From the NCBI GenBank assembly GCA_944392455.1, contig CALXWP010000001.1:5112-69111 (forward strand): DNA of 64,000 nt, given 5' to 3'. Numbering within the stretch: the stretch's first letter is position 1; each line of letters starts with the position of its first letter. The notes beneath the pieces were generated by a model. That model did not search any database, was not told where the DNA came from, and saw only the letters and a program-made list of their open reading frames with translations. Origin of the DNA: an uncultured Clostridia bacterium. Its GTDB lineage: Bacteria; Bacillota; Clostridia; TANB77; CAG-508. The translations under genes were made by a program, and so were the position numbers. Positions 18,778 through 28,470 of this stretch are shown in pieces.

Positions 18778-19305
18778 GTCTTCTTTTCTCCTCTCTCTAT
18801 CATTTTTTTAATTTCTTGAATTACTCTAGTTCTCTTCGACTTTACTGTATTCTCATTTAAATTCAAAATAGTGCCTATCTCTTTATCGGTAAATTTTTCC
18901 ATATAAAATAACATTATAATTATTCTTTTTTCATATTCAAAGTGATCACAAAGGAAGTTAAAATCTAATATTGTATCTACCATATCTATATCTATATAAT
19001 CGCTATTTTTATAATCTTTTACATCTTCTAAAGAAATAATGTTGTATTTATTTCTTTTATTATACATATCATTACTTTTATTAATTAAAATTTTAATTAA
19101 CCACGATTTAAAACACAAAGGATTTTTTAACTTTTTTATGGATTTAAATGATGTAATCATCGTTTCTTGTATAACATCAAACACATCTTCATCTTTCTTT
19201 AACCTAGCCTTTGCTATTTTATATAAATCATTTTTCAATAATAATATGAGTTTTGTAAATGCTTCTTCATCTCCGACTTTGAGCTTTTTTTACCAATTCC
19301 TCCAT
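18765..19305 (-). CDS. ECF sigma factor, interrupted by a +1 frameshift (apparent +C insertion at 19273-19275)
   Basis: The ORF track starts at a TTG, but the upstream ATG (19305, SD ggagga) is in another frame. Removing the C in AGTcGGAG yields MEELVKKAQSGDEEAFTKLILLLKNDLYKIAKARLK... (regions 2 and 4 intact). Confidence 0.7.
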
Positions 19306-19580
19306 TTCTTCCTCCTATCATGTTTGCAAACTTGACATACTTATAAGACATTTGTGCTATGAAAAAAAGTTGCACTTTTTTTAAATTTTTATTAAAAAAC
19401 ATATAAATTATTTAACTTTTAAAAATGGATAGTATATTTCATTTCTAGTTTTCATAGCAATATTAGTAAATTTCCCTCTTTATTCATATTATTCCTTTTT
19501 TATCATATAGCATAAGTTGAAATAATTATTAATAAGTACCTACTCTAATTTCGTAAAATAGGTACTTATTTTTCTATATA

Positions 19581-20777
19581 CTAATTATATTCCAAATTTG
19601 GATGGCTTGTATATTTTAGTGGATCAACCCTATATGAATTATCTGTTCCACCTATGTAAACTTCATAATGTAAATGATCTCCTGTTGTAATACCTGTATT
19701 TCCAGATGTGGCTATTTTTTGTCCCCTTGAAACATTTTGACCTTCACTTACGCTGTATGCAGATAAGTGACCAAATCCAGTATAATATCCATCTCCATGG
19801 TCTATCATTATATAATTTCCATATCCTGAAAGGTATCTAGCAATAATTATTTTACCTGATGCTGGTGCATAAACTGGTGCATAGCTTATTGGTATATCAA
19901 CAGCTCCATGATTAGAAGAAGCTCCAAGTGTAGGACTAGGTCTTGGTCCAAAAAATGAAGAAATATAATTATAATATGGTGTATTAGATGAAATTGGCCA
20001 ACTAAATTTTCCTTCAAAATTTCCTATATATCCGTCATTTCCACCTGAACTTGAAGTGTTTTTAGTTGCTTCTTCTATTTCATTCTGTGCTTCCTTTATT
20101 GCACTTTCAAATTTATCTATTTCTGCTTGCAATTCTTTTTCCTCAGAAGATAATTTACTTACCTTTATTTCTTTCGATTCTTTAGCTATTTGCAAACTTT
20201 CATTCTTCTTTTCAATTTCTTTTTTAGCTTCACTTATTTCATCTTTTTCTTTTTCTAATTCTTGTTTTGCCGTATCTACTTGTTTTTGTTTTTCTATAGT
20301 TGAATCTATTACTTCTTGATCTGCTTCCGCTATTTCTTGTATTCTATAATAGTTAGAAATAAAATCAGTCATATCTTCAGAAGCAAGAAGTACATCTAAA
20401 TATGTAGTTTTTCCCATTTCATACATAGCTACTAATCTTTTTATTAATAAATCCTGTCTTTTTTTAACTTCTTCTTCTAATTTTTTAATTTGTCCTTCTT
20501 TCTCAGAAATTGATGTTTTTAACTTATCAATTTTCCCATTCAAGTCATTAATTTCATTTTCATATTTTGAAATCTCTATATTTAAACTACTTATTTCATC
20601 AAGAATATTATTCTTCTGTTCAGTAATTTCATCTTTTTTATTTTCCACCTTTTGCTGTTGTTTTTCTAAATCCTGTTTCTTATTTTCTAATTCTGATAAA
20701 CTGGCAGCTATGACTCGAATCGTGCATATATTAATCATTATAAATATTAATATTATAGATATACATTTTTTTATCAT
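19581..20777 (-). CDS. M23 family metallopeptidase with N-terminal coiled-coil (EnvC/LytM-like murein endopeptidase)
   Basis: 398 aa; signal/TM + long coiled-coil + HGAVD...GNTGITTGDHLHYEV catalytic motifs. Confidence 0.85.
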   Translation of the reverse strand: MIKKCISIILIFIMINICTIRVIAASLSELENKKQDLEKQQQKVENKKDEITEQKNNILDEISSLNIEISKYENEINDLNGKIDKLKTSISEKEGQIKKLEEEVKKRQDLLIKRLVAMYEMGKTTYLDVLLASEDMTDFISNYYRIQEIAEADQEVIDSTIEKQKQVDTAKQELEKEKDEISEAKKEIEKKNESLQIAKESKEIKVSKLSSEEKELQAEIDKFESAIKEAQNEIEEATKNTSSSGGNDGYIGNFEGKFSWPISSNTPYYNYISSFFGPRPSPTLGASSNHGAVDIPISYAPVYAPASGKIIIARYLSGYGNYIMIDHGDGYYTGFGHLSAYSVSEGQNVSRGQKIATSGNTGITTGDHLHYEVYIGGTDNSYRVDPLKYTSHPNLEYN

Positions 20778-20984
20778 ATAATTCTTCTCCTTTTTTCAAT
20801 TTTCTCTTTGGAATAAGTTATATTTACTACTATTTTTTAGTTAACATACTAGAGTTATATTATATTTTGTTCACTATAGTATAGATTATTGTTTTTACTT
20901 TTGGTTTAGTATCTATACTAAAGTGAAAATAATCTTTTAATTTTTTGGAATCACAATTACAATACATTGATGCTGTAGCAAAAT

Positions 20985-21569
20985 TTATCCTACATTTAAT
21001 ATTATGAACTGTTTGATTATATTTTTTGCTATTCGTGGATATATAGTTTTCTCTAACTTTTCTTCTTTGTCTTGATTGGAAAACACATAACTCGTCGTAT
21101 CTATTAAATATTGTGTACCTTTAAGAGAAATATCATATCCAATATATAGAAGTTGATTTGTAATTTTTTCCTTATATAATTTTTTATTTGTTGTGATATC
21201 TTTATATTTAGCAAGTTTTTCTATTTTATTTGCAATTCGAATCAAATCACAATTTCTATATGTTATAGCATATAGAATTTCTTCTTCTATTTTGCAATTT
21301 TTTTCTTCATTTTCAGAAAGTAATACTATTAATTTATTATTTTTTTCTTTATCAATAATATTATTTAATAGCTTTTTTTCGATACAGGAATATAAGTTAC
21401 TATTTAATAATATAATATCTATATCATTTCTATTATTAAGTATTTTAAATACTGTACTTAAATCTTCAATAATATTGCATACTCTAATATTTTTATTGTA
21501 ATTATTCAAATAATTCATCAGTTTTACTGCAAAACAAATATCTTTTTCAATAATTAGTAAGTTTATCAT
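20985..21569 (-). CDS. Spo0A_C-like regulator with a degenerate (pseudo-)receiver domain
   Basis: 194 aa; receiver-like fold in which the phospho-acceptor Asp is replaced (IDIILLNSNL); C-terminal LLYIGYDISLKGTQYLID matches the Spo0A_C helix; C-terminally shorter than the paralogues. Confidence 0.45.
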   Translation of the reverse strand: MINLLIIEKDICFAVKLMNYLNNYNKNIRVCNIIEDLSTVFKILNNRNDIDIILLNSNLYSCIEKKLLNNIIDKEKNNKLIVLLSENEEKNCKIEEEILYAITYRNCDLIRIANKIEKLAKYKDITTNKKLYKEKITNQLLYIGYDISLKGTQYLIDTTSYVFSNQDKEEKLEKTIYPRIAKNIIKQFIILNVG

Positions 21570-21581
21570 ACAGTTTCCTTG

Positions 21582-22532
21582 TTATTGAAGATAAAATGAA
21601 TTATATTTTTTTAAATCCTGTTCTGATAAATTACTATTAACATCATTTCTTTTATAGTCATCATATTCCTTTGAATCTAAAATTTTAGTATTGACATCTT
21701 CATCAGTTACTATATTTTCTTCAAATGTAAAAACTGTTTCTGTATAAATACTTCCATAAACTTCATCTATTTCCCTTATTGTAATATAACTATTTTTATC
21801 AATCCAAATATCTTTATAACTGTTTTCATTTCCAAATCTTAAAACATAACATTCTAATCCATTATATCTATCTTCTCTAACTGATAATGCTAAGCTGTAT
21901 ATTGTTGAAGCAATAGGTTGATAGTTTTCCTTAACATAAGAAAGTACGCCAATTAGTCCTCCTTTTTTTTGCTTAATATAATTGTAATGACTATAATCTA
22001 TTTGCTTTATATCTTTATATACTTCTATAGAATCATAACTATTATCCTCACAAAAGATAATACTACTATCTGATATTCTCTTTGATTTACCATTTTTATA
22101 ATAGTATTCATCTTTAAATTCACTCTTTTCTCCTGTTTTTAAATTTTTATACATTGTAGTTTGAGTTATTCTATAATTATCTAATGTTTCCATATATTCA
22201 ATCTTTTCAGAGATCTTGTTTATCAAGTTTGAGATACGTTGTTCTTTAGACCAAAATATAAAAGTTGCTCCTAGGATAAATATTAATATAGTTATTAAGG
22301 ATATTCTCAATAAATTTATATGTGTATGAACTTTTTTTAAATGTTTTTTCATTAGTTTATCCTGTCCGTCATCATTATAGATTTTAGACTCCATAACTTT
22401 ATAAAATTCACTACACTCCTTACAATTTTCCAGATGATTTTTAACAAATTTTTCACTACCTTCATTAATTGTCTTTTCTATATATTGAATTGACAATTCT
22501 TTTACTATATCACATTCTAGTTTATTATCCAT
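21582..22532 (-). CDS. Anti-sigma factor (zf-HC2 zinc-finger type, membrane-spanning)
   Basis: 316 aa; N-terminal HLENCKECSEFY zinc-binding motif; single TM; overlaps the sigma gene stop. Confidence 0.6.
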   Translation of the reverse strand: MDNKLECDIVKELSIQYIEKTINEGSEKFVKNHLENCKECSEFYKVMESKIYNDDGQDKLMKKHLKKVHTHINLLRISLITILIFILGATFIFWSKEQRISNLINKISEKIEYMETLDNYRITQTTMYKNLKTGEKSEFKDEYYYKNGKSKRISDSSIIFCEDNSYDSIEVYKDIKQIDYSHYNYIKQKKGGLIGVLSYVKENYQPIASTIYSLALSVREDRYNGLECYVLRFGNENSYKDIWIDKNSYITIREIDEVYGSIYTETVFTFEENIVTDEDVNTKILDSKEYDDYKRNDVNSNLSEQDLKKYNSFYLQ

Positions 22533-23040
22533 CTTTCAAGTCCTCCTTTAACTTATTTTTAGCACGGTAAAATATTAATCTTGTATTTTCTTCTGTTTTT
22601 CCAATAATATTCGCAATTTCCTTAAAGCTAAAATTAGTAAATATTCGTAAATAAATAATTTCTTTTGTATTATCATTCATTTTATGTATTTTTCTACATA
22701 TATTTAATAATTCATCTTTGTTTAAATACTCTTCTTCAAGAGTACTATTAGATAAAAGATTTACATTATCTTCAAGCAATTCAGATGTATTTGTTTTCTG
22801 AAATTTTTTATAATAATCTATCCATTTATTTTTAGCTATAGTATATAGCCAATTTTTAACACTTGATTCATTTCTAAACTTATTAATATTCTTTACTGCA
22901 CTATAAAAAGTTTCTTGTAAAAGTTCTTCCGCTATATTTTCATCGTTTGATAAGGACAGTAAATAACTATATATTTTTTTAGAATATTCCTTATATAATT
23001 TCTCCATTATTACTCCTCTCATTATATATAGACTTAACAA
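22525..23040 (-). CDS. ECF sigma factor
   Basis: 171 aa; region 2 (LLQETFYSAVKNINKF...WLYTIAKNKWIDYYKK) and region 4 (FSFKEIANIIGKTEENTRLIFYRAKNKL). Confidence 0.8.
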   Translation of the reverse strand: MLSLYIMRGVIMEKLYKEYSKKIYSYLLSLSNDENIAEELLQETFYSAVKNINKFRNESSVKNWLYTIAKNKWIDYYKKFQKTNTSELLEDNVNLLSNSTLEEEYLNKDELLNICRKIHKMNDNTKEIIYLRIFTNFSFKEIANIIGKTEENTRLIFYRAKNKLKEDLKDG

Positions 23041-23149
23041 ATCATTTTTCGTTACATTTTTTTCGTTTTTTTTCGTTTTTTTATCTATTTATTTATTTCT
23101 TTCAAGTTCTTGCTTTGCATTTTCTGTTTGCTATCGCTTCACAACAATG

Positions 23150-23340
23150 GAATCTATAACTTCCTGATCTGCTTCTGCAATTTGTTGTATTCTATAATAA
23201 TTACATAAGAATGATGTCATATCTTCTGAAGAGAGTAGCACATCTAGTTAAGTTGTTTGTCCCTTCTCATACATAGCAACTAATCTATTTACTAATAATT
23301 CTTGTCCTTTTTTTTGTTTCTTTTTCTAAATCTTTAATCT
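23150..23340 (-). pseudogene. Degenerate fragment of an M23-peptidase paralogue (coiled-coil segment) in an otherwise non-coding 500-bp spacer
   Basis: ~75% nucleotide identity with 20310-20480 of the M23 gene; contains in-frame stops; flanked by T-rich tandem repeats (tttttcgtttttt x2). Confidence 0.6.
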
Positions 23341-23544
23341 CTTTTCTCTTTTCTTTCTCTCCTCTTTTTCATTTGAAATTCGTATTTTACATATTGTTTA
23401 TACTTGTAATATTTTTTATATTATATAATAAGTGTATATTACAGGCAATATTAATTAAAATGACTTAATGTGACTTCAGCTTTATTATTGTAAATAATTA
23501 TATCTTATATAATTATTTATTAATTTTATATATTATAGTATTTA

Positions 23545-24189
23545 TTATTGTTTTAGTTTTTCTGCCTCACATCTATAATACATTTCAGTTGTTGCACGAT
23601 ATATATTACATTTTATACTATGTATAGATACTTTATAAGTCAATGAAATTTCAGAATATACTTGACTTTCTAGATTATATAGTTCTTGCATCGAATTAAC
23701 CGCAATATATTCAATTACTTCTATCAGATACTTTGTCCCTTTAAAAGAAAAATCATATCCTAAAAATAATAGTTCTTTTATAATTTTTTCCTTTGTTATT
23801 TTCTTATTCTTGATTTCATCTTTTAATTTTAATATTTTATTTAATTCGTATAATATCTTATCGAATCCTGAATTTTTGCTTAATACTGAATAAACAATAT
23901 TGTTATTAGTAAAATCTTTAGGTATATTTGCACAATCTGATATTCCAATACAAGATTGTATATACTTTTTTTTGTTCTGTACTTTTTCTAATATTTCAAT
24001 ACCATTATATATTGGCATCTTTATATCTAAAAAAAACACATCCACATTATTGTTATCTAAAAATTCAATAGTATCCTTTCCATTGGATGTTATTCCTAAA
24101 ACTCTAATACTATCATTATATTTATTTATAAAGTTCATTAAATTGGTAGCATAATATATATTTTCATCTGCAATTAGAATATTTATCAT
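23545..24189 (-). CDS. Spo0A-like response regulator (receiver + Spo0A_C domain), second paralogue
   Basis: 214 aa; receiver motifs (IADEN...FFLDIKMPIYNG); C-terminal IIKELLFLGYDFSFKGTKYLIEVIEYI... matching the Spo0A_C pattern. Confidence 0.6.
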   Translation of the reverse strand: MINILIADENIYYATNLMNFINKYNDSIRVLGITSNGKDTIEFLDNNNVDVFFLDIKMPIYNGIEILEKVQNKKKYIQSCIGISDCANIPKDFTNNNIVYSVLSKNSGFDKILYELNKILKLKDEIKNKKITKEKIIKELLFLGYDFSFKGTKYLIEVIEYIAVNSMQELYNLESQVYSEISLTYKVSIHSIKCNIYRATTEMYYRCEAEKLKQ

Positions 24190-24352
24190 TTAAAATATTG
24201 TATAATCAATTATAATTGATTTAATTGATTAATCCCTTTCTTCTTATATTTCTTCTTATAACTATTAGATACTATTTTTTAATAAAAAAGTTGCAAAAAA
24301 ATTCTTTAAGAGATTTTTCTCTTAAAGAATTTTTTTAGATAATATGACCTTT

Positions 24353-25084
24353 TTATTTTGTAATCAAGTTACTAGCAATAAATGATTTTGTATTGTAATC
24401 ATAAAGTTTATTGTCTTTGATTTCTCTCATTCCATGATAATATGAATTAACCACAAGCTGATTATTTCTTTCTGATAAAAACAAAATATATTCTTGATTA
24501 GGAACTGATTTTGATGCTTGATTCTTTTCAGTTTTTAGATCAAGTTTATCATTAGGATCATATTCTTGTATAACATAATATTCATTTCTAGCTTGAGCTG
24601 GAATATCTACAAATTCATCAGGTCGTATTGTATCATTACCATTTATATATTCGCTCAATTTTAATGCTCCTCCTATTCTATCAAATGTAACAGTTTTATT
24701 CACATTTATATTAGTATTATTTTTTAAAACTTTTGATGTATCGAATTTTGTTATGGTATGAATTGCTACCCCAGGTGCATATGTTTTTAAGTTTGAATTA
24801 AAGCTTCCTATAAGAACAATGTCAGACTTTTCATATAAGTTTTCTAGTGTTGGTTCATATGCATATGATGCCTCAGATTCCATATAAAATATTTTGTCTG
24901 GTTCAATATTATTTTTTATATCTGTAATACTATAATTAGTATTATTGTTTTCTACTATACTTTTATCTACATTTGCAGTTTTCATATCAACATTACTAGC
25001 AATGCTAATTATCCAGGCAGTTGCTGATATTATACATATTATAGAAAATATAATAATAGATATTATAACTTTTTTATTATTCAT
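24353..25084 (-). CDS. Secreted or membrane-anchored hypothetical protein
   Basis: 243 aa; N-terminal signal/TM. Confidence 0.4.
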   Translation of the reverse strand: MNNKKVIISIIIFSIICIISATAWIISIASNVDMKTANVDKSIVENNNTNYSITDIKNNIEPDKIFYMESEASYAYEPTLENLYEKSDIVLIGSFNSNLKTYAPGVAIHTITKFDTSKVLKNNTNINVNKTVTFDRIGGALKLSEYINGNDTIRPDEFVDIPAQARNEYYVIQEYDPNDKLDLKTEKNQASKSVPNQEYILFLSERNNQLVVNSYYHGMREIKDNKLYDYNTKSFIASNLITK

Positions 25085-25315
25085 AGGCCTTCCCCTTTCT
25101 TCACGAATACTATAAAATTAAAAATATAAATCAAAGATGTTCGTTATTACTCATTTTATTTATTAGATAAAAAAAGCAAATAAAAATGGTGCAAATTTTT
25201 TATAATAAAGAGTGACTTTTTTAGACTTTTCTAAAGTTTTCTATTTTATTTATCATAAATAAAAAATTACTCTATATGCTAATATAAAGTAATTTTTTAA
25301 ATTGTAATTATTTTT

Positions 25316-26071
25316 TTAATCATACATTTTATTTATTATCTTGTATAATTGTTTTTGTTGTTCATTAGATAATATAGCTTCACCTTTTTCATCTGATGTA
25401 ATATGATATTCATTCTCAAATTCTTCAACTCCATAAGTTAAAAACCCTTCTTTTTCTTTACTATTATATTTAATGAAATAAGTTGGAATTCCATCACAGG
25501 TTTCCTTGGAAAAATTCAAATTATCTATAATACTGAAAATTGTATATATTTCTTCTTGGTTTAAAGTATATTTTATTGGTGGTGTTACGGAACTTAATCC
25601 TGTTTCTTGAATATCTATTGTAGTAACTTTATTGTTAATTTCGTTTTCTTGTTTTTCAACATCATCACTTAAAAGTTGAACCTTTACAACTTCTTGCAAG
25701 GGTGTTGGGCTAATATCCCTTAAACCTTCATCTGTAAATGTAATTGATATAATATCACCTTCTTTTAAATCTGATATACCAATTTTTTCTCCTCTCCAAG
25801 TCATATCTATATTATCATTTATGGTAAAAGTAAAATCTCCTCTATAATTTATATCATTTATTTCTAACCCTCTAACATTAATATGAAATCCACCATCATT
25901 ATATTGTTTTATACTCTCTATATTAGCATAAAATGTTTGACCATATACTTTACTAATTGCTAAATCATCATTCACTACATACATTTTTCCTATAAATAAA
26001 CCAATTGTAAAACTTAACAAAATAATTACTATCATTCCTACTATAATAAATACTTTTTTGTTACTACTCAT
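25316..26071 (-). CDS. Membrane-anchored protein of unknown function (paralogue of 51298..52059, ~70% identity in the N-terminal 130 aa)
   Basis: 251 aa; N-terminal TM; shared block DLAIS.VYG.TFYA.IESIKQY.DG.FHINV.GLE.NDINYRGDFTF. Confidence 0.5.
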   Translation of the reverse strand: MSSNKKVFIIVGMIVIILLSFTIGLFIGKMYVVNDDLAISKVYGQTFYANIESIKQYNDGGFHINVRGLEINDINYRGDFTFTINDNIDMTWRGEKIGISDLKEGDIISITFTDEGLRDISPTPLQEVVKVQLLSDDVEKQENEINNKVTTIDIQETGLSSVTPPIKYTLNQEEIYTIFSIIDNLNFSKETCDGIPTYFIKYNSKEKEGFLTYGVEEFENEYHITSDEKGEAILSNEQQKQLYKIINKMYD

Positions 26072-26129
26072 ATAAAAACCTCTCTTTCTAATTTATAAAT
26101 ACAAATTATTTTTCTCGCTTTAGGTATTC

Positions 26130-27371
26130 TTATTTCTCTATTTTCCTTACTTCAATTTCATAAATTTGACAAGGATAAGATTCTAAAACCATTCCTGTAT
26201 AAATCACTTCCACTTTATCCCCTATATTGTATTCTTTTGAATTTTCTACTTTAACACTAACAGCGTCACCTAAATTCTTTTCTTCTGTTTTTACTATTAT
26301 TGTTTTATCATTTATTTCTGTTACTTCTCCTATAAATGATGGTGCTGTTCCATAAATTTCTGAATCTTTTGAATAACTTGCTACTGTTATTGGTTTATAT
26401 TCTTTTTTATTGGATTCATAGTCTATTTTTCCTGTTAATTGTAACACAATATCAAAGAAGTCTTCATTTTCTACTAAATCTATTGTATAAAATTCTGATG
26501 GTATATCACTATTTTTTATTACTCTTGTATCTGCTCCAAAAGCATCTCTTGTATTATCAGTTGTTAATATATAACCAACATCAGCTTTATATTCTAAATC
26601 TGTAATTATTGCATCTCCTTCTATTGTGTATTGAACAAATCTTATAAAGTCAGATTTTCTGTCTTTATTATTTACATTTGTATTGTCAATAAAAGAATCC
26701 AACATACTTTTATTAAATACTGCATTGTTTGACATTACTACACATCCATCTTTTATAGCTTGATTCATTGGATAATCTTGTGGTATTTCTTCTAATTGTT
26801 TCCTCTCATCTATGTTATTTTCAATAATATTTTCAATAGACTCTAGAGTAATTTTAGTAATTTCTGTTTGTTTACTTCCTTTTTCTATTGCCATACAATC
26901 TCTTTTTACCATATAATCTTCTTCATCATCTATTGTAATTTTGTAACTATAAATTCCATTACATAATTCACTATTATATGTAAATTCATTTAATATTTGT
27001 TTTATTATAAGTGCATCTTCACCTGTTATTGTAATACTTGGTATATTATCATAGTCATTTACTATTACCTTTGTATTTGATACATAATCATTATATTCGT
27101 TCTCAAAATCTTCATACTTCATAAACCATGAGCCAATTTTTATTTCGTCATATCCGTTTAGCATATTAAAGTCAATTACTTTATATCCAAGTCCAAAATA
27201 TTCTATAGTTCCTCCATCCATAATTATTCCTGCAAGATTTCGAATACAAAATATTGGATTATCTCCATTTTTTACTCTATTATAATCTACTCCAAAAAAT
27301 ATTAATCCTAAAATTATAATTATTCCTAATGCAATAAGAAAGATTTTTATTCCTTTTTTCATTTCTACCAC
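26130..27371 (-). CDS. Membrane-anchored protein of unknown function (N-terminal region paralogous to 50181..50798)
   Basis: 413 aa; N-terminal TM; shared VDY.RVK....PIFC ... YWGLGYKVI ... IG.WFMKYE block. Confidence 0.5.
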   Translation of the reverse strand: MVEMKKGIKIFLIALGIIIILGLIFFGVDYNRVKNGDNPIFCIRNLAGIIMDGGTIEYFGLGYKVIDFNMLNGYDEIKIGSWFMKYEDFENEYNDYVSNTKVIVNDYDNIPSITITGEDALIIKQILNEFTYNSELCNGIYSYKITIDDEEDYMVKRDCMAIEKGSKQTEITKITLESIENIIENNIDERKQLEEIPQDYPMNQAIKDGCVVMSNNAVFNKSMLDSFIDNTNVNNKDRKSDFIRFVQYTIEGDAIITDLEYKADVGYILTTDNTRDAFGADTRVIKNSDIPSEFYTIDLVENEDFFDIVLQLTGKIDYESNKKEYKPITVASYSKDSEIYGTAPSFIGEVTEINDKTIIVKTEEKNLGDAVSVKVENSKEYNIGDKVEVIYTGMVLESYPCQIYEIEVRKIEK

Positions 27372-27385
27372 CTTTTTCCTTTCTA

Positions 27386-28264
27386 TTATTTAGACACATT
27401 TTTATGTGCTTTCTGTTGGTGTTTTACAAAAATAATTGTAAAAATTATAGTAAAGAATAAAAATATTCCTGTAAAACTTAAAATTCCTATGTTGATATTT
27501 GTGTTTTTATAATTAACTTCTTGTGGATCTTGAACTTCTATTATTTCATTTTCTATAATATTATCTGATGAATGGGAAGAATCTATTTTATTTTCTATAT
27601 TTGAGCTAGTCTCATTTTCTAACAGCTCTGTTTCATTATCTGAGCTTATATTATTACTTATATTGGTTTCTTGCATTTTTCTGTTTGCCATATTTTCTTT
27701 TATAAAAAGTAATATTCCAATAATAACCATTGATATATTGCTTAATAATAATCTTAAAGTATATAAAGAGGTATAATATTTCCATTGTACTGTTCCCATT
27801 GGTATATTTAGCAACAATGATATTTCTTTAAATGACATATTTGATAATATTTTTAATGAAATTATCTCTCTTTCTTGTTTATTTAATTTAGCAATAATTC
27901 TATTGTAATTATCTTTATCAATTATCTTATTTAGTTCTTTATCTTCTTCTGTTATATAATAAATTTCGTCTAAATTTACTTCTTGTTTCTTCTTTCTTAA
28001 ATAATTAAGTGTTTCATTTTTTGTCAAAGAGTATAGCCAAGTTGATTCATTGGTTGTTGGCAATTTATTCTTGTCCATTTGAAATATTTTCATAAATACA
28101 ATTTGAACAATATCTTCACTGTTTTCACGATTTTTTAATATTGAGAAAACAATATTATATATTAACTTATTATATTTACAATATAAATCATCTAGTTTAT
28201 TGCAATTTCCTTGTTTTATTTCTTGAAATATTAAATGCAATTCTTGTTTATTTATACTTTTCAT
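27386..28264 (-). CDS. ECF-type sigma factor fused to C-terminal transmembrane segments (sigma/anti-sigma-like fusion)
   Basis: 292 aa; sigma region 2 and region 4 (MSFKEISLLLNIPMGTVQWKY) followed by two TM helices and a Ser/Asn-rich linker. Confidence 0.55.
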   Translation of the reverse strand: MKSINKQELHLIFQEIKQGNCNKLDDLYCKYNKLIYNIVFSILKNRENSEDIVQIVFMKIFQMDKNKLPTTNESTWLYSLTKNETLNYLRKKKQEVNLDEIYYITEEDKELNKIIDKDNYNRIIAKLNKQEREIISLKILSNMSFKEISLLLNIPMGTVQWKYYTSLYTLRLLLSNISMVIIGILLFIKENMANRKMQETNISNNISSDNETELLENETSSNIENKIDSSHSSDNIIENEIIEVQDPQEVNYKNTNINIGILSFTGIFLFFTIIFTIIFVKHQQKAHKNVSK

Positions 28265-28470
28265 ATTTCTCCTTATTTCTTTATATACTATTTTTTATAT
28301 CATATTAGCATAAGTGGGAGTAATTATCAATATAACTACTCCCATTAAATTTATAATTACTATTCTTATCTTGAGTAATGTTTGTTTATAAGAAAAAAAG
28401 TAATCATATCTACATTCTGACTAAAATTATTTTTTATTTATCTATAGCATAATCTATAAATTGTCTTAAC

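Noticed and set aside
19261-19300. A7 homopolymer (GTAAAAAAAGC on the minus strand) first suspected as a slippage frameshift in the ECF sigma gene
   Set aside because: Shortening the A-run gives a less ECF-like N-terminus. Deleting the C in AGTcGGAG 10 nt downstream restores a canonical N-terminus (..QSGDEEAFTKLI..) and matches the window-wide +C pattern. The homopolymer is therefore probably not the lesion.
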